Of a stretch of 64,000 bases of DNA, positions 38,888-48,802 are shown in pieces (the stretch's first letter is position 1; every line of letters starts with the position of its first letter). The stretch is from an uncultured Bacteroidota bacterium (GTDB taxonomy: Bacteria; CLD3; SB21; JBBIRG01). Location of the stretch: contig CAZSRX010000022.1 of NCBI GenBank assembly GCA_964609675.1, forward strand, positions 6,888 to 70,887, read 5' to 3'. The notes under the pieces were generated by a model, which was given only the letters and a program-made list of their open reading frames with translations, searched no databases and had not been told where the DNA came from. The translations under genes and the position numbers were made by a program.

Positions 38888-41800
38888 CTACTTGATTAAT
38901 AGCATTTTCTGCACCTGGCGGCCTTTACTCGTTCGGAAGACGCTGAAGTACAGGCCGGCGGCAACACGGGAGCCCTGATCGTTGGTCCCGTCCCAGATCA
39001 CCCGATACCATCCGGCGGATTGTTCCTTGAGCCGAAGCAGGGTGCGTACTTTTTGACCCAATACATTATACACCTCGATACTCACGTGATCGGCGGCAGA
39101 TAATCCGTAGATGAGGGTCGTCTGCGGATTAAACGGGTTGGGATAATTGGGTTGTAAAAGAAATGATTGGGGCTGCGACGGCGCTATCATTTTTTCCGGA
39201 TGATAGACTTTTATACCGTCATACGAAATATCCGCCAACCGGTAATACAGAGTATCTGAAATGGCCGCAGCGCTGTCAGTAAACGTATAATCCGTTCGGC
39301 TGGATTTATTACCCTGGCCGGGAATTTCCGCAAGGGTTCCAAAGTCCCCGGTGGCGTACCGTCGCTGAACCAGAAAGAACGCGTTGTTGATTTCCGATTC
39401 CGTACGCCAGGAAAGATGCACCCATCCGGTTTTTTCAGATCGCTCAACCCGGAAATACGCCAGTTCAACAGGTAGGGTAATATCCGCGCCACCGACAGGA
39501 TCGGCAAAGGTAAAATAGCCGCCTTGAAAATCATTAAACACATTACTGGTAATCGTTCCGGACCAATTCGCGGAGCCTGCACCCCCGATTAACTGCCAAA
39601 TATTGGAATTATCCAATTGGGCTAGCCGTAATTCCGATCCGAGTTGAACGCTGTCGGAATTTCCGGGAGTGCTGATATAGGTTAACGTGATTTGCGCGTT
39701 GGTGAAGGAGCCACCGCTTTGGGTGATATTCCAATAATGCACCCCGGAGATATTATCAATTGTGGCGGTATTGATGGCAGTCGTGGGAAGATCAATCAGA
39801 GGGTTACCGTTGATTTGCTGACTCGTAATTGTTACGGGGCTACCGCTAACCGTGGCCAGATTGACGGTTACAGGCTGAATGTCGCCGCGTGAGCCGGTCT
39901 TAAATTGAAAACTTTGCGGGGAAGCGGAAACCGGAAATATTTTGGCCAGAGCCCCTTCCACATAGCTGGTATTGCTGCCGCCTGATAGCGTAGCTGGAGC
40001 GGAGAGGGTTAAAACATTACCCCCGCTGATATGAATGATCCCTTTGGTCAGGGTCAATGTTTGATTAATGGTGATATTTTTTAGAAATCGCAGAGTGTCG
40101 TTTTTATTAACGATCACATTGGCATTTGTCCCAAACGCCAGGGTTCCGGCGCCATAGATTTTTTGTTCAACATTACCGACGAAAGAAACATTCATCGTCG
40201 TATCCATTCTTAAAATACATCCCGATTGAATATTAACACTGCCATTGTAATTGACACCGCCGGTCAAATTTAACGCAAGAGAACCCTGAGAGATAATTAA
40301 GCTATCAAGGGTAAGCATGGAACCACCGGTGGCATATTGATAAAATGAAGGATAATCAATTACCACATTGGCATAGGTTCTTCCGGAAAAAGAAAGAGCG
40401 CCGCTTTGCTGATGAATATAGTAACTTCCGGTTTGAAATGTTACTTTGGAGTTCGGTGCCGATAAACCGAACGGATTGGCGCCAGCCTGATTAATAATTT
40501 TAGAGCCTGTTTCAAACACGGCAATATTAGCGGTTCCGGAATTTGTGAAAATATTTCCGGTAAAACCGGAGGATTGTGTCAGAGAAGATCCGTTGCGAAA
40601 ACGCATAGCGCCTGTTGTCACCGCATTCAATCGGTGCGCCGCATTGCTGAAAGTCATATCACCGTAAATGGAGGCGGTTGCGCCGGTGTTCAGAACGATA
40701 TTTAAAATATTAGAACCGTTGATATTTAATTGGGAACCGCTGTTAACCTTTAAATCATAACTGCCTAAACCGTTCAGGGTGAGCGTGTTACCGTTGGTGC
40801 CGGCTTGCAGATTGACGGTGGTATTGTTGGTTACAATCAACTTTCCGATGGTTTGGGTCGGTACATTCGTTACGGTAACCGTTGCGCCGGAATTGAATAA
40901 TAAAACATCAGTGGTATCGGGAGCGCTGCGAGTGGGAGTCCAATTGGCGGCAACAGTGTAACTGGCACTTCCGGTCTGATTCCAGGTATAAAGATTAAGG
41001 GCGATGACATTAAAACTGGCTGTTGTGTCATTCACCAATCCTCCTGTATTCGAGGAGGCGATGCGAACATTATCTTCGATGGTATCCCATAGTAAATCAT
41101 ACCAGGTATAAGTACCGGAAACCAGTGATTGGGTCAGCCCCGTTGAGGAGGATAAGGTTCCGGTTCCGGCGTTTTTGGATAAAGTAACAGAAGAGGTCGC
41201 GTCGGCATCAATATTGCCAAAACCGTCGGTGGCCGAAACGGTTAAATCAAATTCATCGTTTTGATAAGCGACTGTGGGTTCATTGAAAAAAGTTAAACGG
41301 TCCGCTGTAACCTCAATTTGATTGCGATCGCCGAATACACTGCTCGTGGCTCCCCCGGCGTCAGCGACCGCAAAAACCGAACCTGATCCGTCTGCGGAAG
41401 CCGATGTTACCTTGAATTGGAACTGCTGATTGTCCGTTACCGTACTTTCGAATGTCACATACAAATCCAGTGTTTTGGATCCGTTATCCGGTGCGGTAAC
41501 CGATGAGCCGCTTAATCCGGAAAAGGTAATCATTTCGGAGCTAACCATGATATCGGCAATCCGGGTCGTACCATCAAACAACGCCGCCCGCCTTAAAGTA
41601 CCGGCCCAGGATGAGACCGTATTGAAATTGCCTTTGCCGATCGAAATAGCCGACAGGGTTGTACCGGTCAGGTCCGGATCGGCGCTTCCTCCGCCATCAC
41701 GAATGGTGAAAGACCAAACCTTGATTCCATCGGATGTTGCATTGATGGCGGAATTTTGATAGGAAGCATAGGGGATGTTGGAGGGTTCATTGCCATTGGA

Positions 41801-44161
41801 TAGAATGTCCGATGTGCCGGTTTTGGTTGAATTACCCTTCAATACAATATCATCAATTCTTACCGCGATGGTACCGGATTTTACCCAACGCAATCTTAAA
41901 TTATTAATTTGGGCGCCGCCGGGCAGATCAATGACCGGGCTTAAGTACCACCCGGTCGGGGCGTTGGGGGCTTCATTGAAAGTAAAAGGAACATTGATAT
42001 AGGACGAACCATTCCAATAATCTAACGCCAGTGACGGGAGATTTGAAGCGTCTTCCTTTCGGTATCCAAATTGAATCGTGAGATAATTGTAGGTTGAAGC
42101 ATCAATACCTTCAATGGCAAAGCCGTATACACCGGAGGTCGAAGTAAACCAAACATTGGCTGAACCCGATGCGCCTGCATATCCTGAAGAAGGATTGGTA
42201 GTTCTAATGTCAGCCGGATTCGTTGCCCCGCCCTGGGTCATGGTATATTGGTCGTTGTCAAAACCGTCAGCGGTTTCATGCGCGGCAATTGTTGTGGTGC
42301 CTGAAACCGTACCCATGGTTTCTGTGAAAATGATCGTGCGCAAAATGACATCAAACGGAGCGGTGGTGTCATTCATCAGTTCGCTGAAATTGGTTGTACG
42401 GATCGTGACATTATTTTCTTTGGTGTCCCAGCGCAGATCATTCCAGGTAAAGGCGCCGGCGGATAAACTCTGAGTTAACCCCGTTGCGGAAGATAGGGTA
42501 CCAGTTCCATTTCCTTTGAGTAATTCAACCTGATCGGTAAAATCAAGATCAATCTGGTTATATCCATCTCTTGCAGAAACGGTCAGAGAGAAATCGGTAT
42601 TTTGAGTAACCAGAGTGGGTTCGTTGGTGCACACCAGTGTGGTAGCTGTTACTTCAATTCTGTTAGCGTCGCCGGAAGCACTGCTTTGTGCGCCGCCTGC
42701 ATTGGCGGTGGCAAATGTGGATCCCGCGCCGTCGGCGGTTGCAGAAGTAATGGTAAATTGAAATTGTTGATTATCCGTAACGGTGGAATTAAAGCTTGCC
42801 CGCAGATTGAATGTTTTAGTGCCGTCATCCGGGGCGGACAGTCCGCTCAGACCGCTGAAGGTGACCGTTCCTGAACTGACGGCGACTTCTGATAGTTCAG
42901 TTGAACCATCATAGATTGCAACTTTCCGGACATTCGCCCAGTTGGAGAGTGAAAACGTTACGGCAGTCAGTGTGGTACTTAACGCGTCGGCATCCGCGGA
43001 ACCGCCGCCGTCACGAATATCAAATCGGGCGACTTCCAGTGATGAACTCGTCAGATCATTTTCCTGATAGGAAGTATAGTCAATATTCGACGGCTCAGTA
43101 AAACCAGTGTTGCGGATGATATCGGAGGAATTGGAGGAACCACCGGTTGTTGTAAGATTTATAACATTAGAATTACAGCTCGTTATTGTACCCACTGAAT
43201 ATGCGCTTTCAGCTCTGATTCTGTAATAATAATTTGTGCCAGCTGATAAACCAGAAACAGCATAGCTTGATGTGGATTGTCCGTTTATCTGCAAATTGTT
43301 ATATCCGGAAACCATTGAAGTAAAAGCGGCATCAGTAGCAACATCTAACCTATATCCGGTTACACCGGTTACAGTAGTCCAATTGGCAGTAAATCCATTA
43401 GATGTTATTGATGTCGCTGCATTAGCGGTAGGAATAGGAGGTATTGGGTCAATTAATATATTATCAATATCTATCGTTCCTGAACCTTGTGTAAAGACAA
43501 ATTTAAGATCAGTAAGTATTTGAGTGGTTGTTGTAGCGTTTCTTTCGTCAAACTCTTTTGTAGTTCCTATCCAAACATCAAATTTATCATCCCCCAAGGA
43601 TTCACAAGTTCCATTTGGAGAAATATAGGAAATGCTCGATCCTGAATTATTAATAACCCAGGTTATAGTCTGTGTGCCTGAATAATTTGCAGTATTGGTG
43701 CTGGTACCAAGATCTCTTAAAGAAAATTGTCCAGCCGTTGCTGTCCAATTTAACCCAAATCTTGAATGGGTACTTGCATTAGGCTCTGCACTATTTGCCG
43801 TCCCAAAGCCACTACCAACCTGCCAAATAGCTGCAGTAGTTTGTGCTACTGAATTCCCAGAGACAGTTAAATCAAAACGATAATACATTGTTGTTGGAGT
43901 AGGGCTAAAGTCTGTAGTTCTCGAGTAACTTCCTGCGTTTCCTGTTCGTGCATATCTAAGCTTATTGCTTCCGGTAGTATTAATTGAAATTACAGTACCT
44001 GCACCCGAAGTACTTATGGCATCATATTGTCCATTATTCGGAGGAGATCCAACATATGATGAAACAACTGTAGAGCTTGAAAAATCTTGCTGAAAAACTT
44101 GCCCCCATCCCCATTTCCCCATCACCATCAGCATCATGAATCCAAAAAAAACGCGTCTCAT
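38888..44161 (-). CDS. Giant secreted T9SS cargo protein (1757 aa) with internally duplicated domains
   Basis: Signal peptide. Ser/Thr/Asn/Gly-rich beta-type domains, with two paralogous blocks of about 370 aa (NTGFTEPSNIDYTSYQ... and SNGNEPSNIPYASYQ...). C-terminal Por/T9SS sorting domain (...VSIEVYNVLGQKVRTLL...GLYFSVFRT...). Confidence 0.8.
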   Translation of the reverse strand: MRRVFFGFMMLMVMGKWGWGQVFQQDFSSSTVVSSYVGSPPNNGQYDAISTSGAGTVISINTTGSNKLRYARTGNAGSYSRTTDFSPTPTTMYYRFDLTVSGNSVAQTTAAIWQVGSGFGTANSAEPNASTHSRFGLNWTATAGQFSLRDLGTSTNTANYSGTQTITWVINNSGSSISYISPNGTCESLGDDKFDVWIGTTKEFDERNATTTTQILTDLKFVFTQGSGTIDIDNILIDPIPPIPTANAATSITSNGFTANWTTVTGVTGYRLDVATDAAFTSMVSGYNNLQINGQSTSSYAVSGLSAGTNYYYRIRAESAYSVGTITSCNSNVINLTTTGGSSNSSDIIRNTGFTEPSNIDYTSYQENDLTSSSLEVARFDIRDGGGSADADALSTTLTAVTFSLSNWANVRKVAIYDGSTELSEVAVSSGTVTFSGLSGLSAPDDGTKTFNLRASFNSTVTDNQQFQFTITSATADGAGSTFATANAGGAQSSASGDANRIEVTATTLVCTNEPTLVTQNTDFSLTVSARDGYNQIDLDFTDQVELLKGNGTGTLSSATGLTQSLSAGAFTWNDLRWDTKENNVTIRTTNFSELMNDTTAPFDVILRTIIFTETMGTVSGTTTIAAHETADGFDNDQYTMTQGGATNPADIRTTNPSSGYAGASGSANVWFTSTSGVYGFAIEGIDASTYNYLTIQFGYRKEDASNLPSLALDYWNGSSYINVPFTFNEAPNAPTGWYLSPVIDLPGGAQINNLRLRWVKSGTIAVRIDDIVLKGNSTKTGTSDILSNGNEPSNIPYASYQNSAINATSDGIKVWSFTIRDGGGSADPDLTGTTLSAISIGKGNFNTVSSWAGTLRRAALFDGTTRIADIMVSSEMITFSGLSGSSVTAPDNGSKTLDLYVTFESTVTDNQQFQFKVTSASADGSGSVFAVADAGGATSSVFGDRNQIEVTADRLTFFNEPTVAYQNDEFDLTVSATDGFGNIDADATSSVTLSKNAGTGTLSSSTGLTQSLVSGTYTWYDLLWDTIEDNVRIASSNTGGLVNDTTASFNVIALNLYTWNQTGSASYTVAANWTPTRSAPDTTDVLLFNSGATVTVTNVPTQTIGKLIVTNNTTVNLQAGTNGNTLTLNGLGSYDLKVNSGSQLNINGSNILNIVLNTGATASIYGDMTFSNAAHRLNAVTTGAMRFRNGSSLTQSSGFTGNIFTNSGTANIAVFETGSKIINQAGANPFGLSAPNSKVTFQTGSYYIHQQSGALSFSGRTYANVVIDYPSFYQYATGGSMLTLDSLIISQGSLALNLTGGVNYNGSVNIQSGCILRMDTTMNVSFVGNVEQKIYGAGTLAFGTNANVIVNKNDTLRFLKNITINQTLTLTKGIIHISGGNVLTLSAPATLSGGSNTSYVEGALAKIFPVSASPQSFQFKTGSRGDIQPVTVNLATVSGSPVTITSQQINGNPLIDLPTTAINTATIDNISGVHYWNITQSGGSFTNAQITLTYISTPGNSDSVQLGSELRLAQLDNSNIWQLIGGAGSANWSGTITSNVFNDFQGGYFTFADPVGGADITLPVELAYFRVERSEKTGWVHLSWRTESEINNAFFLVQRRYATGDFGTLAEIPGQGNKSSRTDYTFTDSAAAISDTLYYRLADISYDGIKVYHPEKMIAPSQPQSFLLQPNYPNPFNPQTTLIYGLSAADHVSIEVYNVLGQKVRTLLRLKEQSAGWYRVIWDGTNDQGSRVAAGLYFSVFRTSKGRQVQKMLLIK

Positions 44162-44401
44162 ATTTTCCTTTCAGAATGTGGGAATAGTAACATTTGAGGA
44201 TATTATAACAGATTTTTAAAGGTATAATTATCTGTCTGTTAACAAAAAAATAACCGTTCCCGGGTGCCTTATTTTAATACTAATCGCAGAAAAATTTACA
44301 GAAGTGTTAAGCGGGGCCTTTGGTTTGATCCGGATGCAATATTATAATAACCTTCAGCAAAACGATTGGAGCGATTCGTAAAAGAATCCCTCCAATCGTT
44401 A

Positions 44402-45460
44402 TCAGAATAAATTAAACTTTTTTTTCAGATTGGCAATAGAATTTCCGATGACCTCGTAATTCGTTTTCTGGTAACCGCCGGAAAGCAGCATCACGATCGG
44501 GATTTGCCTTTCAAAGGCGTAGCGGAACACCATTTCATCGCGCATCAGGATGCCGATTTTGGACAGCTTCATGCGGCCGAGCGGGTCGCCCTCGAGAATA
44601 TCCGTTCCGGCGTTGTAATAAATAATGTCCGGGTCGAACAGCTCAAACGCCTCATTCAGGTGGAACTCGAGCAGCTGGATGTATTTGATATCGTCGATGC
44701 CGGAGGGCACTTCCACTTTCAGGTCAATCGCTTTCTTGGCCTCAAGGTCGCCCGGATAAATGTCTTTGTTATACACGTCCACGATAAATACGCTGTCATT
44801 GTTTAAAAAATCCCGCTCGTGGCCGTTGCCCTGATGCGCGTCGAGATCAATGATCATCACTTTCGATATCAGCGGGTTGTGTTTCATCAGATAGCGGATG
44901 GAAAGCGTGATATCCGCGTAGATGCAGAAGCCCCCGCCTTGATGCGCCGACGCGTGATGATAACCCCCGCCGAGATTAATCGCCCAGCCCTTGCGTACCG
45001 CCAACTGCCCCGCGAGTATCGTGCCGCCGGTGGCATACAGCATCGGTTTCAAAATCTTCCGTTTGGTAAGATTCGACGGAAAATACGACAGGATGCCCAT
45101 CTCGGCCAATTCTGCGACGACGGAAGATTGTTCCAGAGCATTCAAATACGATTCCGGATGCACGATCAGCAAATCTTCGCGCGACGGCGCCCCGGGCTCA
45201 ATGAACTGGTCCGCTGTCAGCAGGTTGCGTTCGATCAGGTAATCATGCACTTTACCGTATTTTTTAGAATCGAACGGATGCAGGGCCTCAAGGCCGTAAA
45301 AACTTATATTGTATTCGTCGCTGTATATAACCGGCACCTTCCCGGTATCCATGGCGTAGGATTTAAAATTCATCTCCTTGACGGTGACCGGCCAGTAAAC
45401 GCAACCGGCAAAAACGCCCGCGAGAATCAACACCATCAGCAGGATCCGCTTTTTTTTCAT
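44402..45460 (-). CDS. Histone deacetylase / AcuC / AphA family Zn-dependent deacetylase, membrane- or lipid-anchored
   Basis: GGGYHHASAHQGGGFCIY, IDLDAHQGNG and YNAGTD motifs of the HDAC fold. N-terminal signal/TM with Cys (AGVFAGC). Confidence 0.8.
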   Translation of the reverse strand: MKKKRILLMVLILAGVFAGCVYWPVTVKEMNFKSYAMDTGKVPVIYSDEYNISFYGLEALHPFDSKKYGKVHDYLIERNLLTADQFIEPGAPSREDLLIVHPESYLNALEQSSVVAELAEMGILSYFPSNLTKRKILKPMLYATGGTILAGQLAVRKGWAINLGGGYHHASAHQGGGFCIYADITLSIRYLMKHNPLISKVMIIDLDAHQGNGHERDFLNNDSVFIVDVYNKDIYPGDLEAKKAIDLKVEVPSGIDDIKYIQLLEFHLNEAFELFDPDIIYYNAGTDILEGDPLGRMKLSKIGILMRDEMVFRYAFERQIPIVMLLSGGYQKTNYEVIGNSIANLKKKFNLF

Positions 45461-45477
45461 GGAATCATTCCTAACGA

Positions 45478-45963
45478 TTAATAGTTGTCCGGTTTGGATG
45501 AAAGCACAAAATCCACTTCATACAGGTCGTAATGCGCGAGGGCCATGCCGAGGGTTTCGTAGGTTTTTTTAGCCGTGGAGTTGTTTTTATCCACATATAA
45601 ACGGATTCCGCAGACGGATGGATCACGCCGGGCTTTATCCTGTATATATGCATACATGCGTTTGTACAGACCGCGCCGGCGATGGGCGGGTGCGACATAG
45701 ACGCTTTGTATCCACCAGAAGACGCCGTCCCGCCAATCGCTCCATTCATAAGTAATCATCAGTTGGGCTACAACGCGTGTATCCGCCTCGGCGACGATAT
45801 AAAATCCCAGCTCGGGTTTGTGTATTAAATCGGTCACGCCGCGGGTAATCCGTTCGTCAGCCAGCGTTTTACCCTCGGTTTCCAGCGCCATGGCCTTGCT
45901 GAAAGCGACGATAACAGGAATATCGGCGGCGGCGGCGGGTCGTATGACAACGGCATCATCCAT
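45478..45963 (-). CDS. GNAT-family N-acetyltransferase
   Basis: 161 aa. Acetyl-CoA-binding region HRRRGLYKRMYAYIQDKA typical of the GNAT fold. Confidence 0.7.
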   Translation of the reverse strand: MDDAVVIRPAAAADIPVIVAFSKAMALETEGKTLADERITRGVTDLIHKPELGFYIVAEADTRVVAQLMITYEWSDWRDGVFWWIQSVYVAPAHRRRGLYKRMYAYIQDKARRDPSVCGIRLYVDKNNSTAKKTYETLGMALAHYDLYEVDFVLSSKPDNY

Positions 45964-45974
45964 AAAATCCTCGC

Positions 45975-46796
45975 TTATTGAATCAACGCGCTAAGCGCCT
46001 GGTATCCAAGATATATCCCGAATCCGCCCATTGCGAATCCGAGCGTTTTAATCAGATAATTAATGAAACGCACCTGGACATGGCGGCGGTTCCGGACAAG
46101 AAACATGGAATACGACGAAAACCATACCACCGTGCCGAGCGCCAAACAAAAGGCATAACACACGCTGATCACGACCGGAAAATAATTGCCGTAGCCGCTG
46201 GAAGCCGCCGGGTTTCCGGCTGAAACCTCCGCAGGATGTTCCGCAAGTCCCGATGCCAGCATATGGCCGGCGCTGGAATCCATTTCTCCGATAATCCGCG
46301 CGTTGTTGTCAATCATCGTTTCCAGCCCGCCGAGATGGAATCCCAGCGAGGACACAAACGACAGAATCACCACCGACGCGATAAGCCAACCGAAAAACAG
46401 CGAGGGATTCAGAACATTCAGCATGAAGCCGATCCAGAATCCGTTGTGATGTTTTATCTTGTCGGATATATGCACATCGCGGCTGAGTGTTTCGTAACTG
46501 ACATGAGACCGGAAAATTTTTACGCCGACCAGAAATATGAACAGCGACCCCACAAGGAAAATATACGGAATCCAGTGATAATAGACCGCATAGAGCCGCG
46601 TAAATCCGTATACGGCAACGAAACAATAGACAAAGTCCACAATCGCCGCGCCGATGGCCGCCGAAAGGCAGTATCCGAACCGCCCTTTAAGCCCGTGCGA
46701 TGTGATAAAAATGCTGATGGGCCCTGCTACCGGGATCGTTAAAAGGATGCCGCTGATGAGCCCGACAATTGAAACAGTAATAATGCTTTCTATCAT
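45975..46796 (-). CDS. LysE/RhtB-type exporter family membrane protein
   Basis: N-terminal PVAGPISIFITSHGLKGRFGYCLSAAIGAAIVD and NVLNPSLFFGWL motifs of LysE-type translocators. Unusually long hydrophilic central loop. Confidence 0.5.
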   Translation of the reverse strand: MIESIITVSIVGLISGILLTIPVAGPISIFITSHGLKGRFGYCLSAAIGAAIVDFVYCFVAVYGFTRLYAVYYHWIPYIFLVGSLFIFLVGVKIFRSHVSYETLSRDVHISDKIKHHNGFWIGFMLNVLNPSLFFGWLIASVVILSFVSSLGFHLGGLETMIDNNARIIGEMDSSAGHMLASGLAEHPAEVSAGNPAASSGYGNYFPVVISVCYAFCLALGTVVWFSSYSMFLVRNRRHVQVRFINYLIKTLGFAMGGFGIYLGYQALSALIQ

Positions 46797-46838
46797 GAAG
46801 GAACCTGTTCGCGGTAGTATGGGATCCGGTGATTCCCG

Positions 46839-47795
46839 TTAATCCGGGCGGGTATATTTTGGAAAATAATTTTTGGCATATAGCCGGTCAAACCACCGGT
46901 TGACCCAGTAATAGAGCGCGATACAAAGCGCCAGACCGCCGATCACGTCAATCACATAATGATAAAAACAATACATTGTGGAAAAAATCAGCCCGGTGAC
47001 AAACGGCAGGATAATCCAGAATACAACCCGTTTAAGGCGGTAGGCGTACATAAGCGTCATGAACGATATGGCGACATGCGAACTCGGGAAGGCGGCGCCG
47101 GGGGTTTCGGCGTTTTCGTAAATCCAGTTCATCGTGTGTACAAACCAGCCCCCGTCAAGAAACCGGCCTTCGCGCAACGGAATCGGACCCGCCGCCGGTA
47201 TAAAAATATACAGCAGATAACACACATAAAACGCCACCGATATGCCAAACAGGATACGCATATAATCGCCATTACCCTGGACATACAGCACGATGCCAAG
47301 GAACAGCGGTATAAAATAATACGAAAAATAGCACAGATGCATCAACTCGTTGAAATAATAAGTATTCAGCCGGTCGTACAGCCAGATATTCGGATTCGTG
47401 CCGAACATGGCTCGATCAATGCCTGCAAAAAAATCATCCCAGTATCCCTGAAACACCATTTGATTGAGCAATCCGGACGTGATATAAAAAAAGGTAAACA
47501 GAAAGACCGGATACCAGTGATGGATCATCCGCAGCGGAAACCAGCGGTGGCCTGACAGGAAACGGAGTATAAAAAAAACCAGCGCAATAATGCCGATTTG
47601 CTTCCAGAAAATCGTTTTCCATTCCGGCTGGTGTTCGTGAAAAATCAGAATCGACACGCTGACTAAAATAAGATAGACCACCATGGCCCAGTCAATCGGA
47701 TTGGCATATCGCGTGGTGATGCGGATTTGTTTACGGATAAACCGCGTGAAAAAATTACCAGCTTTTGTCGGGGGGTTGCTGTTATGGATATCCAT
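46839..47795 (-). CDS. PAP2-superfamily membrane phosphatase/phosphotransferase (Aur1/Ipt1-like)
   Basis: Polytopic membrane protein with PSSHVA...H..D..GG acid-phosphatase motifs (FPSSHVAISF, YHYVIDVIGG). Confidence 0.6.
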   Translation of the reverse strand: MDIHNSNPPTKAGNFFTRFIRKQIRITTRYANPIDWAMVVYLILVSVSILIFHEHQPEWKTIFWKQIGIIALVFFILRFLSGHRWFPLRMIHHWYPVFLFTFFYITSGLLNQMVFQGYWDDFFAGIDRAMFGTNPNIWLYDRLNTYYFNELMHLCYFSYYFIPLFLGIVLYVQGNGDYMRILFGISVAFYVCYLLYIFIPAAGPIPLREGRFLDGGWFVHTMNWIYENAETPGAAFPSSHVAISFMTLMYAYRLKRVVFWIILPFVTGLIFSTMYCFYHYVIDVIGGLALCIALYYWVNRWFDRLYAKNYFPKYTRPD

Positions 47796-47804
47796 GGGCT
47801 ATGC

Positions 47805-48785
47805 TCACAACCATTGATGTTTTTTGTACCAGTCATAGGTTTCACGGCAGCCGCGTTCAAACGGATACTGGCTGGTAAATCCCAGTTCGTTTCTTATTTT
47901 TTCCGAGGAGCAGGTCCAGGCGGTTTGCTTGAGTTCGATGATTTTCTGCCGGTTCAGCAACGCCGGTTTTTTGGAAAACGCCGCCAGCCCTTCGGCCATC
48001 AGCGCCAGCAGCGAAACCTTCCAGCGGGGCACGAACAATGGAATGGTCCAGGTCCCGACCGTCTGCTGAATGATAGCGCTGATCTGTTTCCAGGAATAGA
48101 CCTGGCCGTCGTCCACAAAATACGTCTGTCCGGCGCTTTGCGGGGATTCGGCCGCGAGAATCAGGGCGTTTACAAGATCCTTAACGTAAACTATGGACAA
48201 ATACTGTTCCCGCAAGCCGATTTTCGGGTTGAGATGCCGTGTAATCAACTGAAAGTAGAAAAAGATATCTTTTTCGCGCGGGCCGTACACCGCCGGCGGT
48301 CGTATGACGGTAACCGGTAAATGGCGCATGTATTCCTGCGCGTAGCGTTCGCCTTCCAGCTTGCTCTTGCCGTAATACGTCAGCGGATTCACCGGATCGC
48401 TTTCAACGCGGGGTTTACCCGGAAGGGACGGGCCGGCTGCCGCCAGACTGCTGACATGAACGATTTTCCTGATATGCGGAACCTGCTCCCGACAGACTTC
48501 GTAAAGAATCCGGCTGGCATCGGCATTAACCTGATAATAAACGGATTCCTTTTTGGCTTTGGTAATACCGCCGACATGAAAAATATAATCAGCGCCCTTT
48601 ACCGCCTGATTCATGGACTCGCGGTCGCTGATATCGGCGTTAACGTATTCGACGGCCAGGCCATCCAGCCAGGTACGGTCGCTGGTAGGACGCACCGTGC
48701 AACGAACGGTATAGCCCTTCTGTATCAGCGCTTCCGCAAGGTGACTGCCTACAAATCCGGTTGCCCCGGTGATTAACGCAATCAT
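47805..48785 (-). CDS. NAD-dependent epimerase/dehydratase (extended SDR)
   Basis: MIALITGATGFVGSHL Rossmann motif and a YxxxK catalytic pair. Confidence 0.85.
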   Translation of the reverse strand: MIALITGATGFVGSHLAEALIQKGYTVRCTVRPTSDRTWLDGLAVEYVNADISDRESMNQAVKGADYIFHVGGITKAKKESVYYQVNADASRILYEVCREQVPHIRKIVHVSSLAAAGPSLPGKPRVESDPVNPLTYYGKSKLEGERYAQEYMRHLPVTVIRPPAVYGPREKDIFFYFQLITRHLNPKIGLREQYLSIVYVKDLVNALILAAESPQSAGQTYFVDDGQVYSWKQISAIIQQTVGTWTIPLFVPRWKVSLLALMAEGLAAFSKKPALLNRQKIIELKQTAWTCSSEKIRNELGFTSQYPFERGCRETYDWYKKHQWL

Positions 48786-48802
48786 GTCAGCAACCTTTCC
48801 GG

